64,000 bases of DNA from Gemmatimonadota bacterium (GCA_029879725.1 JAOUPR010000001.1:3324-67323), one strand, 5' to 3'. Counted from the first letter of the stretch, positions 34,818 to 45,229 are shown. Program-made: numbers and translations. The notes: generated by a model not told the origin, from the sequence alone.

Positions 34818-36407
34818 TCACATCCTCGGGCTCTCGCCGGACGCCCGGGTCGCGGGCTGACATACGGGCCACTCGGTGGGCTGACCATTCCGGGCCGGAG
34901 GAAGGACCGAGCGCTGTTCCCGGCTCACCCGCTCCGGGTCCTCGGAGGCCAGGTAGACCAGACTCGCCACCAACACGGCGTTGTTCTTCAGGTCGTCGAA
35001 CACGAGCTTGTCGAAGGTGTCGCGGTGGGTATGCCACGTGTGTGTTCCGTAGTCCCAGCTCAGCGCGCCCAGGCCGAAGCCCGGGGCCGGGGCACAGACG
35101 AACGACGCGTGATCCGTCCCCCCCGAGGAAGGCGTGCCCGGGAACTGGAGGTCGATGTATCGCGTCACCTCCGACGGCACCCTGGAGAGCCACCGGCCCA
35201 GGTGCGCTCCGGCGTCCACGAGCCCGGACGCCGACATGCTCACCACCCGCCCCGTCCCGTTGTCCTGGTTGAACAGGGCCTGGAGCCCGGCCACCACTTC
35301 GGGATGGTCCTCCACGAAGGCCCGGGATCCGTTGAGCCCCTGTTCCTCCCCGCTCCAGAGCCCGATCAGGATGGTACGCTTCGGGTTCGGGTAGACCTCC
35401 CGGAGGATCCGGGCCGCCTCCATCATCAGAACCGACCCGGTCCCGTTGTCCGTCGCGCCCGATCCCCCCTCCCACGAGTCGAAGTGGGCGGAGAGCATCA
35501 CGTACTCGTCGGGGAGCTCGGACCCCGGAATGCTCGCCAGGACGTTGAACACCGGAACCTCACCGAGGAACTCGGCTTCCGCCGTGAGTCGGAGACGTGG
35601 GCTCTGCCCGTTGGCCGCAAGGCGATACACCAGGCCGTAGTCCTCGCATGACAGCTCGAATGTGGGGATTTCCCGGGTGTACGAATTGAACACACGGGTG
35701 GTCCCGTACGACCCCGGCCAGAGGGACGTGACGATGCCCAGGGCTCCCGCTCGCTCGAGGGCCCGATGGACGTCCCGGCGCCTCGGATCCTCCGATCCGG
35801 TGGCGGCGAGGCTGGCGTTCCAGGCGTCGCGCGCGGTGGTGCGGGCCTGATCCATGCGCTCGAAGGATCCTTCCTGGGCGAACTCCTTCCACTGTTCGTC
35901 CGTGCGGCACGACATCTCGGGGAAGGACACCATCACGAACCGTCCCTGCACGTAGGGGAGAAACGCCGCGAAGTCCCCCGGCCTCCCGATGGGAGGAAGC
36001 GCGACGACCTCTCCCTCCACGGGCTCACCCCCCGTGCCCGGGCTCCACGCCAGGATGCGTCCCTCCAGGGAGCGGACCCGGGGGGCCACCAGGTCCACAT
36101 GGCTCACGCCACGGTCCCACCCGAGCCAGGTGCCGTACTCCTCCGTGCGGGCGTCGTAGCCCCAACCACCCAGCTTTCCCACCGCCCACGCCTGGGCGCG
36201 CTCCATCCCCGGCGACGCCGTGAGGCGCGGACCGATGGAGTCCAGCAGGGCCTGGGCCAACATGGGGATCTGGGACCGGTACATGGCCTGCCGCCAGATC
36301 TCGGTGAGCACCGGATCGTCGGTGGCCAGCGTCTGGGCACGGAGTTCCGGCGCCCCGGTGGACAGCACGGCGGCCAGGGCGGCCGCGAGGATCGTCGTGC
36401 GCATCAT
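34818..36407 (-). CDS. M28 family aminopeptidase with PA domain, secreted
   Basis: ORF 34818..36785 trimmed to MMRTTILAAALAAVLSTGAPELRAQ at 36407 (GGGAGGGA RBS); zinc-ligand regions HFDSWEGGSGATDNGTGS, GEEQGLNGS, TDHASF. Confidence 0.8.
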   Translation of the reverse strand: MMRTTILAAALAAVLSTGAPELRAQTLATDDPVLTEIWRQAMYRSQIPMLAQALLDSIGPRLTASPGMERAQAWAVGKLGGWGYDARTEEYGTWLGWDRGVSHVDLVAPRVRSLEGRILAWSPGTGGEPVEGEVVALPPIGRPGDFAAFLPYVQGRFVMVSFPEMSCRTDEQWKEFAQEGSFERMDQARTTARDAWNASLAATGSEDPRRRDVHRALERAGALGIVTSLWPGSYGTTRVFNSYTREIPTFELSCEDYGLVYRLAANGQSPRLRLTAEAEFLGEVPVFNVLASIPGSELPDEYVMLSAHFDSWEGGSGATDNGTGSVLMMEAARILREVYPNPKRTILIGLWSGEEQGLNGSRAFVEDHPEVVAGLQALFNQDNGTGRVVSMSASGLVDAGAHLGRWLSRVPSEVTRYIDLQFPGTPSSGGTDHASFVCAPAPGFGLGALSWDYGTHTWHTHRDTFDKLVFDDLKNNAVLVASLVYLASEDPERVSREQRSVLPPARNGQPTEWPVCQPATRASGESPRM

Positions 36408-36868
36408 TTCATCCCTCCCATCTTCTTGATTCGATCGAACTCCTGCTTCGTGACCTTCTGAACGGAAAGACGTCCGTACCGGATCAACTCCATGTCGGCC
36501 AGCGCGTGTTCGGCTTTCACGTCGGGAAGACCCACCGGACGGGGCAGGTGGGCCAGGTACTCCACGTCCACCATGTACCAGCGGGGCTCGTCCTGGTCGG
36601 ACTTGGCGTCGAAATACTTGTGCCTCGGGTCGAACGCGAAATGGTCCGGATACGCCTCCCTGCACACCCGGGCGATGCCCGCGACACCGGGTGGTTTGGC
36701 GTTGCTGTGATAGAAGAGCACTTCGTCGCCCACCCGCATGGACTTCATGTTGTTGCGGGCTCCGTAGTTCCGAACGCCTTCCCACGACGTGGACCCGTCC
36801 CGCTCCAGGTCGTCGATGGAGTAGACGTCCGGCTCGGACTTCATGAGCCAGTATTGCTTCTCGGGCAT
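36404..36868 (-). CDS. EVE domain (PUA-like) protein
   Basis: 154 aa, YWLMKSEP...SIDDL...W.GVRNYGARN signature of EVE/ASCH-like PUA fold; stop overlaps the M28 peptidase start (ATGA). Confidence 0.8.
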   Translation of the reverse strand: MPEKQYWLMKSEPDVYSIDDLERDGSTSWEGVRNYGARNNMKSMRVGDEVLFYHSNAKPPGVAGIARVCREAYPDHFAFDPRHKYFDAKSDQDEPRWYMVDVEYLAHLPRPVGLPDVKAEHALADMELIRYGRLSVQKVTKQEFDRIKKMGGMK

Positions 36869-37051
36869 GGATACTCCGGATGCGTTGGGGTCGCTTCGGC
36901 GCCTGGGGGATTATGGGGACGGACCGCGCGGGAGGCGACCCGCCGGAGTCGTGACGCGGCTCCCTGGACGCTGGATCCCCCGGGGAAGACGGAGCGGCGC
37001 CGGACGAAGACCGCCCGGCGCCGCATTTCCATCATCCGTCCCGGCGCAGCC

Positions 37052-39682
37052 TCAGAAGGCGAAGTTCAGCTTCATGAAGTAGAACGCGCCGGAGAAGCCC
37101 ATCTGCACCGAGTCCCACAATCCACCCGTTTCGGTCTCGGTGTCCTGTTGCGTGGGGTACACGTCGAACAGGTTCGCCCCCCCGAGGGTGACGCTGACGT
37201 TGCTGGACATCTTGTACGTCAGGCTGGCGTCGGTGGTGACCTTCGCGTCGTACACGTCCTCCGTGTCCAGCCAGTCGATGAGGGTGACCTCGCCGAAGCG
37301 AACGAAATGGAGGCGCGTGTCCACGCGTTCCGTGAGGTAGTCCAACGTCAACCCGAACTTGCTGTCGGGCGCCGACGCGAGGAGGAAGTACTGCTCACGG
37401 GTACCGAAGTAGATGTCCTCCTTTCCACGGAGCTTGGTGTTGGTGTTCACCGCGCCCAGCTCCATGTCGTTGAAGTTCCCCGCCAACGACGTACGGAGGA
37501 TCCCGTTCCCCAGAGGCGTCTGGTGCGTGAGCACCACGTCGAGCCCCTTGGTGCGGGTGTCGAGGGCGTTGGTGAAGAACTGTGCCGCTCCGACCTGGAG
37601 AGCCTGGAGATCCGCGCCGATGTCGGGATCGGTGTCCTCGAAGGCACCGGTGAGCACGATGCGGTCATCGATGTCCACCACGTAGCCGTCCACCGTGGCG
37701 GTGAAGTCACCGGCCCGGGCCGTGAATCCAAACGCCAGGTTGGTGGCCTTCTCTTCGGTGAGGGCCGGAATCCCCAGCGCCCGGGTGATGGGGCTGTTGT
37801 TGGACGCGATGATCTTGTCCACCGGCTGACCGCCCACGAAGTCCGTGAAGGTCGTGTTGAAGTAGACCTGGGGTAGCGAGGGCGCCCGGAATCCGGTGCT
37901 GGCCGAGCCCCGCAGGGCGAACTGGTCGGTCACCTGAACGCGGCCCGCCAGCTTGGCCGTGGTGGTGCTCCCGAAGTCGCTGTAGTCCTCGTAGCGCACG
38001 GCGGCGCCGAGGGTCGCCTTGGGTGAGACGTCCACCTCCACGTCGGCGTAGAGCCCGAGGTTGGTACGGGTCTCGTCCAGCTCGTTGGCGGGCTGGAATC
38101 CGGGGAAGCCCTGTGAGCCGCCGGGCCGACCGAGAACGTCCACCGTCACGATCTCTCCACCGATGAGCCGCTCCTCCAGCCCGTAGTTCCGGTACGAGCC
38201 CTCGTCGCCGGCGAAGATCCGGTAGTTGTCCATGCGGTACTCGGCGCCGAACGCTGCGTTGAGCCCCTGGGCGACGTCGTCGAAGAAGCGGGTGAAGTTC
38301 ACCCCCGTGGTATTCTGCGACAGCGAGAATCCGCCGGCGTCGAAGCGCGTCGGTGACTGCTCGAGGAGCGACGCGTTGAGCGTGCCGTCCACCCGGTAGT
38401 GGAAACGGTTCGCTCCGTAGGTGTTGTTGAAGTCCACGTCCCACTCGCCCACCCGGGAGCGCACGCCCACGGAGAGGGAGTGGTCCGTGATGTCGGAGAG
38501 GATGTGGGGATCGAAGCCGTTGGGATAGATGGCCGGAACGTTCCGGTCCGAATCGGCGTCGCGACTCCAGGCGAAGGCATCGGTGTGCCGGAAGTTGGAG
38601 CCACCGAAGGCATAGAATACCGCGTCGTCCGAGATGCGGATCCGCGAGTTCACGAAGGTGGCGAAGTTGTCCGCGGCGGCATCCCCGAACTCCCGGCGAT
38701 AGATGTCCCACGTGGCCGGGTCCGCGGGGCGGTTGGTGCGCTCCTTGGAGAGATACTCGGCCGTGATGTTCACGAACCCTTCGTCTCCGACGGTGAAGCC
38801 GTAGTTGGATCCGAAGCTCAACTCCTGCCCGTCCCACGAGTCGGTGCGGAGCACGTCGTAGTCGGTGGACGGCTTGGCGTCGTGGACCCCGTTGGAGAGC
38901 GACCCGGAGAGTTCACCCGTGGTGGACCTGAGCACGATGTTCACCACACCGGCGATGGCGTCGGACCCGTACTGGGCACTGGCTCCGTCGCGGAGGATCT
39001 CGATGCGCTCGATGGCCGACACCGGGATCGCGTTGAGATCCGTGCCCGTGTTCCCCCGTCCCCGGGATCCGAAGATGTTGATGAGCGACGACTGGTGCCG
39101 CCGCTTGCCGTTGATGAGCACCAACGTCTGGTCCGGACCGAGCCCGCGAAGCGTGGCCGGGTCGACGTGGTCACTTCCGTCCGCCCCGGACTGCCGGTTG
39201 GCGTTGAAGGAGGGCGCCACGTACTGGAGGATCTGGTTCAGGTCGAGCTGCCCGGCGGAGGTGGTGACCTCCTTCACGTCGATGACGTCGACGGCGACGG
39301 GCGTCTCGACGTTGGTACGATTCACCCGGCGCGTACCCACCACTTCGATCCCTTGAAGCGCGATCCCCGGCTGGAGCACCACGGCGAGGGTCGAACCCTG
39401 GACGGCAACCTCCCGGGTCTGATATCCGAACTGGGAGAACACGAGCGTGGCGCCCTGCGCAGACACGCGGATCTCGAAGGATCCGTCGGCCATGGTGAGC
39501 GTTCCTCCCACGCTTCCCTTCTCCTGCACACGGACCCCCGAGATCGGTTGACCCGAGGGATCCTTGACCTCTCCCGACACGCGTACCGCCTGCGCGGACA
39601 CCGGAGCCTGGACGGCTGCGGCCAGCAGGCCGAGTGCCAACGCGATCGTCACCCGGCGTGTGCGAACAAACGCTCTCTTCAT
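37052..39682 (-). CDS. TonB-dependent outer-membrane receptor with N-terminal carboxypeptidase-regulatory-like domain (SusC-like architecture)
   Basis: 876 aa; signal peptide; CarbopepD_reg-like block VRVSGEVKDPSGQPISGVRV...; TonB-box/plug (VVGTRR...ETPVAVDVID); 22-strand barrel ending with terminal Phe (FMKLNFAF). Confidence 0.9.
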   Translation of the reverse strand: MKRAFVRTRRVTIALALGLLAAAVQAPVSAQAVRVSGEVKDPSGQPISGVRVQEKGSVGGTLTMADGSFEIRVSAQGATLVFSQFGYQTREVAVQGSTLAVVLQPGIALQGIEVVGTRRVNRTNVETPVAVDVIDVKEVTTSAGQLDLNQILQYVAPSFNANRQSGADGSDHVDPATLRGLGPDQTLVLINGKRRHQSSLINIFGSRGRGNTGTDLNAIPVSAIERIEILRDGASAQYGSDAIAGVVNIVLRSTTGELSGSLSNGVHDAKPSTDYDVLRTDSWDGQELSFGSNYGFTVGDEGFVNITAEYLSKERTNRPADPATWDIYRREFGDAAADNFATFVNSRIRISDDAVFYAFGGSNFRHTDAFAWSRDADSDRNVPAIYPNGFDPHILSDITDHSLSVGVRSRVGEWDVDFNNTYGANRFHYRVDGTLNASLLEQSPTRFDAGGFSLSQNTTGVNFTRFFDDVAQGLNAAFGAEYRMDNYRIFAGDEGSYRNYGLEERLIGGEIVTVDVLGRPGGSQGFPGFQPANELDETRTNLGLYADVEVDVSPKATLGAAVRYEDYSDFGSTTTAKLAGRVQVTDQFALRGSASTGFRAPSLPQVYFNTTFTDFVGGQPVDKIIASNNSPITRALGIPALTEEKATNLAFGFTARAGDFTATVDGYVVDIDDRIVLTGAFEDTDPDIGADLQALQVGAAQFFTNALDTRTKGLDVVLTHQTPLGNGILRTSLAGNFNDMELGAVNTNTKLRGKEDIYFGTREQYFLLASAPDSKFGLTLDYLTERVDTRLHFVRFGEVTLIDWLDTEDVYDAKVTTDASLTYKMSSNVSVTLGGANLFDVYPTQQDTETETGGLWDSVQMGFSGAFYFMKLNFAF

Positions 39683-39793
39683 GCGTCCTCCATCGTGAAT
39701 TCCACCCGCCCCGAATCGAGCTCGGCCGGGAAAAGCGTTACACGATGTACACGAGCGTTCTCGTATGCAAGATGATTGTGCAGCGGGATCCGT

Positions 39794-41206
39794 TCACGCC
39801 GTGGTGCGCCGTATTCCGACCTCGATGTAGCGCCACTTTCCCTGACGGAACCGGAGCACGCTGAGGACGCAGCGGGTGAAGTGCCCGATGACGATGGCGA
39901 GCCAGATGTCCACGGGCTGCAGGCCACGCATCGACTGGATCACCGCGCACATCCCCAGGGGGATGATCACCTGTGAGATCACCGAGATGAAGAACGGGCT
40001 CTTGGTGTCGCCCGTGCCCTGGAGGCCTCCCGTGTACGTCAGCGCGACGGTGATGAAGAGGCCGGAGACGCTCAGGTAGGCCAGGAGTTCCACGCCGAGG
40101 TCGACCACCACCGGATCGTCCATCCCGAAGACCCCCAGGAGCGTCCTCGGCACGAGGAGGAAGAGGGCGCCGACGATAGCCGCCAGCCCCAGCCCGTACC
40201 CCGCCGCCACGTGAACACCGTGGATGGTCCGATCGGGACGCTTGGCTCCCAGGTTCTGCCCCGCCACCGCGGCGGTGGCGCCCATGATCCCCACCGACGA
40301 CCAGGTGATGAAGGAGAAGAGCTGCACGTAGCTCACCGAATAGGCGGCCTGGGCCGCCGCGCTCTGCTCAAGCGACCCGATGAAGCGCAGGAGGAACACT
40401 CCCCCCAGGTTCATGGCCACCCCCTGGAATCCGGTGGGAAGACCGAAGCGGAAGAGGGCGCGAATGACCTCCATGTCGGGGCGCAGGCTCATCCCCCGGT
40501 GGAACGCCACGGCGAGGCGGCCGCGGAAGAGGAGCACGATGGCGGTGGCGCTCACGATCCCACCCGACAGCACCGTCCCCATGGCGGCGCCCGCCGTCCC
40601 GAAAGCGGGGATCGGCCCCAAGCCACGGATCAGGATGACGTTGAGAACGATGTTCAGGACCGTGAGGGCGATCCCCAGCCGCAGGGGGGTCTTGGCGTCA
40701 CCGGCGGAACGCAGCGCCCCTCCCAGCATGTAGAAGAGGAGATTTCCCAGGCTGAACACGAACATGATCTTCAGGTAGGGAAGCGCCTCCGCCTGAACCT
40801 CCGGGACGGCGTTGACCAGGTCCAGGAGCGCGGGGGTGAGGAAGAACCCCACCGGAGCCATGACCCCCACGGCCATGGCCATCGCCGTGAGGAAGGCCTG
40901 GTATACCGTGCGGTTCACGTTGTCCGGCTCGTTGGCGCCCGCGAAGCGTGCCACCAACACCCCCATCCCCGTGAAGAGCGAGGTGATGAACACCACCACC
41001 ACCAGGAAGATCTGCCAGGAGATCCCGATGGCCGCGTTCCCCGTGTACCCCACGTAGTGCCCCACCATGGCGTGGTCCACCACTCCCTGCATCCCCCCGA
41101 TGATGTTCTGGAGCATGGTGGGCCAGGCGAGCATCCACACGGCCCTCGGAATGGGTCCCTCCACGATGGAGCGGTCGAGGGGGCGGCCCTTGGGAGGGTT
41201 CGACAT
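39794..41206 (-). CDS. MATE family multidrug/oligosaccharidyl-lipid efflux transporter
   Basis: ORF 39794..41248 (TTG) trimmed to ATG 41206 (MSNPPKGRP...); 12 TM helices, typical MATE NorM-like N-terminus AVWMLAWPTMLQNIIGGMQGVVD. Confidence 0.85.
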   Translation of the reverse strand: MSNPPKGRPLDRSIVEGPIPRAVWMLAWPTMLQNIIGGMQGVVDHAMVGHYVGYTGNAAIGISWQIFLVVVVFITSLFTGMGVLVARFAGANEPDNVNRTVYQAFLTAMAMAVGVMAPVGFFLTPALLDLVNAVPEVQAEALPYLKIMFVFSLGNLLFYMLGGALRSAGDAKTPLRLGIALTVLNIVLNVILIRGLGPIPAFGTAGAAMGTVLSGGIVSATAIVLLFRGRLAVAFHRGMSLRPDMEVIRALFRFGLPTGFQGVAMNLGGVFLLRFIGSLEQSAAAQAAYSVSYVQLFSFITWSSVGIMGATAAVAGQNLGAKRPDRTIHGVHVAAGYGLGLAAIVGALFLLVPRTLLGVFGMDDPVVVDLGVELLAYLSVSGLFITVALTYTGGLQGTGDTKSPFFISVISQVIIPLGMCAVIQSMRGLQPVDIWLAIVIGHFTRCVLSVLRFRQGKWRYIEVGIRRTTA

Positions 41207-41377
41207 GGGCGGGGATGCCTGGAGGGAGTGGGTGGAAGCGCGGCTCAACGCTAAGGCCGAACGACGCCGGACGAAATGGGTGGCATGAATCCCCCGAGAT
41301 CCGACGACGTGTGACCGAGGTCCATGAAGGTGTCATATTGATCGGATCCAACGTCCACCATCGACCCGTATCCAGTC

Positions 41378-41995
41378 ATGAGCCATCCGGTGACCCAGCG
41401 CGTCCTCCCGATCGTCCTCCTCCTCGCACTCGCGGCGGCACCCGCCGCGCGTCGCGCCCAGGCCCAGGCGACGGGCACGCCCACCTTCTTCGCCCCGACG
41501 AGGGGCTTCGGCAGCACCGAGGCCGGCGTGTCGGTGAGCGGCGGGGGATCCTCCGACGTCATCGGGGTGGAGGCGCGCTACGGATTCTCGCTCAACCGGT
41601 CGGACGTGGCTCTACGGGGCGGGTACGTGGACGGGGGATCCGCCGGGTCGGGAAGCTTCGTGGCCGGCGTGGAAGTCCGGCTCCCGGTGATCGGGCACGA
41701 CCGCGACTTTCCCCTGGACGGCGCCTTCATCTTCGGCGTGGGCCACCACTTCGCCGACGGGGGCGGCGAGACGCTCGTCCCGCTGGGTCTGACCCTGGGC
41801 AGACGGATCCGCGTGGACGACGACGCGCTCCAGATCACGCCGTACGTCCAGCCCACGGTGGTCTTCCAGAGTGACGCGGTCTTCGGGTTCGGACTCGGCC
41901 TCGATGTCCACATCCAGGGGATCCCCGAAATCCGGCTCAACTGGGCCGAAGGTGACCTGGACGGATTCTCCGCCAGTCTCTTCTGGGGGCGCTGA
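41378..41995 (+). CDS. Small predicted outer-membrane beta-barrel protein
   Basis: 205 aa; signal peptide MSHPVTQRVLPIVLLLALAAAPAARRAQAQA; Gly-rich alternating strands; C-terminal FSASLFWGR. Confidence 0.55.
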   Translation: MSHPVTQRVLPIVLLLALAAAPAARRAQAQATGTPTFFAPTRGFGSTEAGVSVSGGGSSDVIGVEARYGFSLNRSDVALRGGYVDGGSAGSGSFVAGVEVRLPVIGHDRDFPLDGAFIFGVGHHFADGGGETLVPLGLTLGRRIRVDDDALQITPYVQPTVVFQSDAVFGFGLGLDVHIQGIPEIRLNWAEGDLDGFSASLFWGR

Positions 41996-42028
41996 CGCGC
42001 GTCGCCCGCGTCGGAGGGAGCGGGCCGG

Positions 42029-43396
42029 TCACCAGACCAGGTGGAAGCGGGTCTGCCGCCGGTACACCCAGTGGCGGTCGCCGTTCTCGTCCAGATAGGC
42101 CTCTTCCTCCTGGCGGCAGCTCGCCGTCTTCCCGTTCCACTCGGGAACGGGCACCGTCGCCTGGAGCTCGATGGAGAACCAGGTGGAGGGGCGGATCTTC
42201 GCGTCTCCACGGCCGGGCACGCCCTCCTGCCGATCCCATAGCCCGATGAGGGGCCCGGCCCCGTGGCCATGGTCACCGATGGGGTGGGAGTAGAGCGAGC
42301 CCGTGATTCCCTCCTGCTCCATGCGGGCCAGGGCGGCGTGGAGCGCCTCGTTCCCCGTGCGCCCGGGGTGCATCTCCTCCAGTTGGATGTCCTGCATGCG
42401 ATTGGAGGCGGACAGACACGCCTTCAGCCCCGCCGGCACGTCGGTCTCGCCTTCGCGGAGGACGTATCCGTTGTGCTGGGTGTCGGTCTTGAGGCGCATC
42501 CCGATGACGCCGAAATCGGTCCAGAGGAGGTCGCCGCGCTGGATGACCACGGGCCCGCTCTCGGGCACCTCTCCCGCGCGCTGGGCGGACACCGAAGGCT
42601 GGAACCAGGTCCCGTACCCCAGATCGTTCACCCGCTGGCGGAGCCACCACACCACGTCCTCGGTGGTGGTCACCCCGGGGGTGATGACCGAGTTGGAGAA
42701 CGCCTCGGCGATGATGGCGTGGACGGTCTCCTCGATCTTCCGGTAGCGGGGCATCATCTCCGGAACGCGCACGGCGACGTAATCGGTGGCCAACTGCGGC
42801 ACGCGCTTCACGCGGGCCAGGTACAGCGGGCCCAGGGCCTCTTCGAGGGCCTCCCGCTCGCCGGCCCCCAACCCGTCCGCGAAGGCCCAGGTGTCGTCGA
42901 TGTTCAGTACGATGCTCCCCGGATCACGATCGGCCACGATCTCGTGGAGGAGCCGCCACTGCTCGTCGCCCCACAACTCGGCATCCTCACCGGTGGGGGT
43001 GGGGTGGGGCGAGCGGTAGATCTGGAAGAGTCCGCCCTGGGAAGTGCCTCCGAGGGCGAGACGCTCCACCGACCCGTCGTCCCCCCGGGTGAACACGTAG
43101 ATGGAGCGCCGGCGGGCGGCGAAGGTCGTGGGCGAGATCATGGACCAGAACACGGGGTCCTCGCCGTACTCGCGCATGGAGAGGATCCACATGTCGGCGT
43201 CGTATTCGGCCATGAGCGCCGGAAGCACCCGGGTCAGCCGCGCCTCCACCCACCCCTGCATCTCCTCGGCCTGTCGGCGGACGGTGGGGAGGGGGTGATG
43301 GCGCGCCGGTGTCGCTTCCGGGACGTGGGCCGGAGCCTGGCCGGCGAGGGGAGCGGCGGCAAGGACGAGGGCGAGGACGACCGGGATGGGCTTCAT
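42029..43396 (-). CDS. M24 family metallopeptidase (Xaa-Pro aminopeptidase-like), secreted
   Basis: ORF 42029..43801 trimmed to MKPIPVVLALVLAAAPLAGQAPA at 43396; pita-bread fold metal ligands (HPIGDHGHGAGP..., DFGVIGMRLKTDTQHNGYVL, ELQATVPVPEW). Confidence 0.8.
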   Translation of the reverse strand: MKPIPVVLALVLAAAPLAGQAPAHVPEATPARHHPLPTVRRQAEEMQGWVEARLTRVLPALMAEYDADMWILSMREYGEDPVFWSMISPTTFAARRRSIYVFTRGDDGSVERLALGGTSQGGLFQIYRSPHPTPTGEDAELWGDEQWRLLHEIVADRDPGSIVLNIDDTWAFADGLGAGEREALEEALGPLYLARVKRVPQLATDYVAVRVPEMMPRYRKIEETVHAIIAEAFSNSVITPGVTTTEDVVWWLRQRVNDLGYGTWFQPSVSAQRAGEVPESGPVVIQRGDLLWTDFGVIGMRLKTDTQHNGYVLREGETDVPAGLKACLSASNRMQDIQLEEMHPGRTGNEALHAALARMEQEGITGSLYSHPIGDHGHGAGPLIGLWDRQEGVPGRGDAKIRPSTWFSIELQATVPVPEWNGKTASCRQEEEAYLDENGDRHWVYRRQTRFHLVW

Positions 43397-43558
43397 GGGA
43401 GCGACCGTACGGGGATGTGAGCGAAGGACTCCGTGGGCACCGGGTGCGGTGCTTCGAAAGTCTCCCGGCCAACGTACGGGGCTTCCCCCGGCTCGCCAAG
43501 ACGCGCACCTCGATCCGGGAGCGCGCCCCGCCGCACATGGACGCCTCCGAACTTTCTC

Positions 43559-43607
43559 TTGACAGGCGACGGTGGTCTGTAGCAGTGTATTGGTAGACTG
43601 ATACACT
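43559..43607. promoter_or_regulatory. Divergent promoter region with -35-like TTGACA and a 7-bp-arm palindrome
   Basis: TTGACA at ~43559 and AGTGTAT-tggtagactg-ATACACT at ~43584-43607, in an unusually AT-rich stretch between divergent M24 peptidase and lipoprotein genes. Confidence 0.25.
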
Positions 43608-43629
43608 TGGAAGGACGGGACACTTTCAC

Positions 43630-44844
43630 ATGACCAGACCATCGAAGACCACCCTGGCGTCCACGCGGCCGCGTTTGGTTGCCGGCGTCCTCGCGCTGGG
43701 GACGATCCTGGCGGGGAGCGTCGTGGCCGGGTGCTCCGGTTCCGGCCCCCGAAACACGGCCGCCGCCACCGAGCTGCCCGTTCTCGCCCTCCCGGAGACA
43801 CCCACCCTGGCGATGGGCACCGTGGAGGGGGACCCGGACTACATGTTCGGGAACATCGTCTCGGTGCTCCGCCTCCCCGACGGATCGGTGGCGGTGGCGG
43901 ACGAGGACGCCACGGCGATCTCCATCTACGATGCCGGGGGTCGATTCGCCCATCGCTTCGGGGGCAGGGGCGAGGGGCCGGGAGAACTCAAGATGCTGGG
44001 GCGCATCTATTCCCACGGGTCCGACTCCATCCTCGCCCTGGACGTGTGGAACAGGGCCGTTTCGGTGTTCGCGGTGTCCGGAGACTTCGGGCGACGGGTG
44101 GACGCGCTCCACCTCTCCGGCGACTCCACCTTCGCCCTGGACGTCTGGCTGCACGGGCGGTACTGGGTCGATGGCGGCATCGAGCCCGCGGTCCGGAATC
44201 GCGTTCGGCGGGCGCTGGCCCGTCTGGGGCAGCCCACGTCTCCGGGGCACCGCTTCGTCCGCGTCGCCCGGACGGGAGAGCTGTGGATCCGCGAGCCCTC
44301 CGTGTCCGACGAAGGGACACGGCGGTGGACCATCGTGGACACGGCGGGGGCACCGCGCGCGCTCGTGGATCTCCCCGTCCGATTCGAGCCCCAGGACATC
44401 CGCGGGAACGAGATCCTGGGACGCCGACTGGGGGAGAGCGACGTGGGGTTCGTGCACGAATATTCGTTACGGGATACGGGAGAGAGGTACCCATCCCCGG
44501 AATGGATGAGCGCCGCGCCGGTTACCATGGCCACCGAGCCCCCTCCGGACGAGACGGAATTCCTGGCCCGGATCCGCTCGGCCATCAAGTCCATGGCCGT
44601 CTCCCAGGAGATCCACTACTCCACCCACTCCACCTACACTCCCCTGGTGGACTCCCTGTCCTGGGAGCCTCCCGAGGGGATCGAGGTGGCGTTCGTGGAA
44701 GCCCATTCACGCGGGTGGACCGGCGTCTTCTCCCACCCCGCCGTGGACAGGATCTGCGGCCTCGGGTATGGGTCCTCCACGCCCCCGGGGTGGATTCCGG
44801 GGATGGTGATCTGCGCGCCCCCACTCCCCCCGAAGGAGGGCTGA
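43630..44844 (+). CDS. Hypothetical lipoprotein
   Basis: 404 aa; lipobox VVAGCSGSG; beta-rich; no confident family assignment. Confidence 0.6.
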   Translation: MTRPSKTTLASTRPRLVAGVLALGTILAGSVVAGCSGSGPRNTAAATELPVLALPETPTLAMGTVEGDPDYMFGNIVSVLRLPDGSVAVADEDATAISIYDAGGRFAHRFGGRGEGPGELKMLGRIYSHGSDSILALDVWNRAVSVFAVSGDFGRRVDALHLSGDSTFALDVWLHGRYWVDGGIEPAVRNRVRRALARLGQPTSPGHRFVRVARTGELWIREPSVSDEGTRRWTIVDTAGAPRALVDLPVRFEPQDIRGNEILGRRLGESDVGFVHEYSLRDTGERYPSPEWMSAAPVTMATEPPPDETEFLARIRSAIKSMAVSQEIHYSTHSTYTPLVDSLSWEPPEGIEVAFVEAHSRGWTGVFSHPAVDRICGLGYGSSTPPGWIPGMVICAPPLPPKEG

Positions 44845-44845
44845 T

Positions 44846-45229
44846 ATGTTCTCATCCATCGACCCCCGCAGTCCGGTACCGCTCTACGAGCAGATCGCCG
44901 CGCGTATCCGGGTCGCGGTGGCCGCGGGGGAGTTCCTCCCCGGCGACACGCTCCCCTCGGTACGCGCGCTGGCCCAGAGCCTCCGCGTGAATCCCGCCAC
45001 CGTGGTGCAGGCGTACCGCGACCTGGCCACCGACGGATTCGTGGAGACACGGCATGGCCAGGGCACCTTCATCCAGGAAGTCTCGGGCTCCAAGCGGGAC
45101 CAGGAGCGCTCGCTGCAGGCCACCGAGCTGGTGCGCAGGCTCCTGCAGGACGCCGCCCGCCGGGGCATCACGGTAGACGACCTCTCACGCGCCTTCGCCA
45201 CCGAAACCGGAGCGCAAGTCCATGAGTAA
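44846..45229 (+). CDS. GntR family transcriptional regulator (YtrA subfamily, short C-terminus)
   Basis: 127 aa; winged-HTH VPLYEQIAARIRVAVAAGEFLPGDTLPSVRALAQSLRVNPATVVQAYRDLATDGFVETRHGQGTF. Confidence 0.8.
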   Translation: MFSSIDPRSPVPLYEQIAARIRVAVAAGEFLPGDTLPSVRALAQSLRVNPATVVQAYRDLATDGFVETRHGQGTFIQEVSGSKRDQERSLQATELVRRLLQDAARRGITVDDLSRAFATETGAQVHE

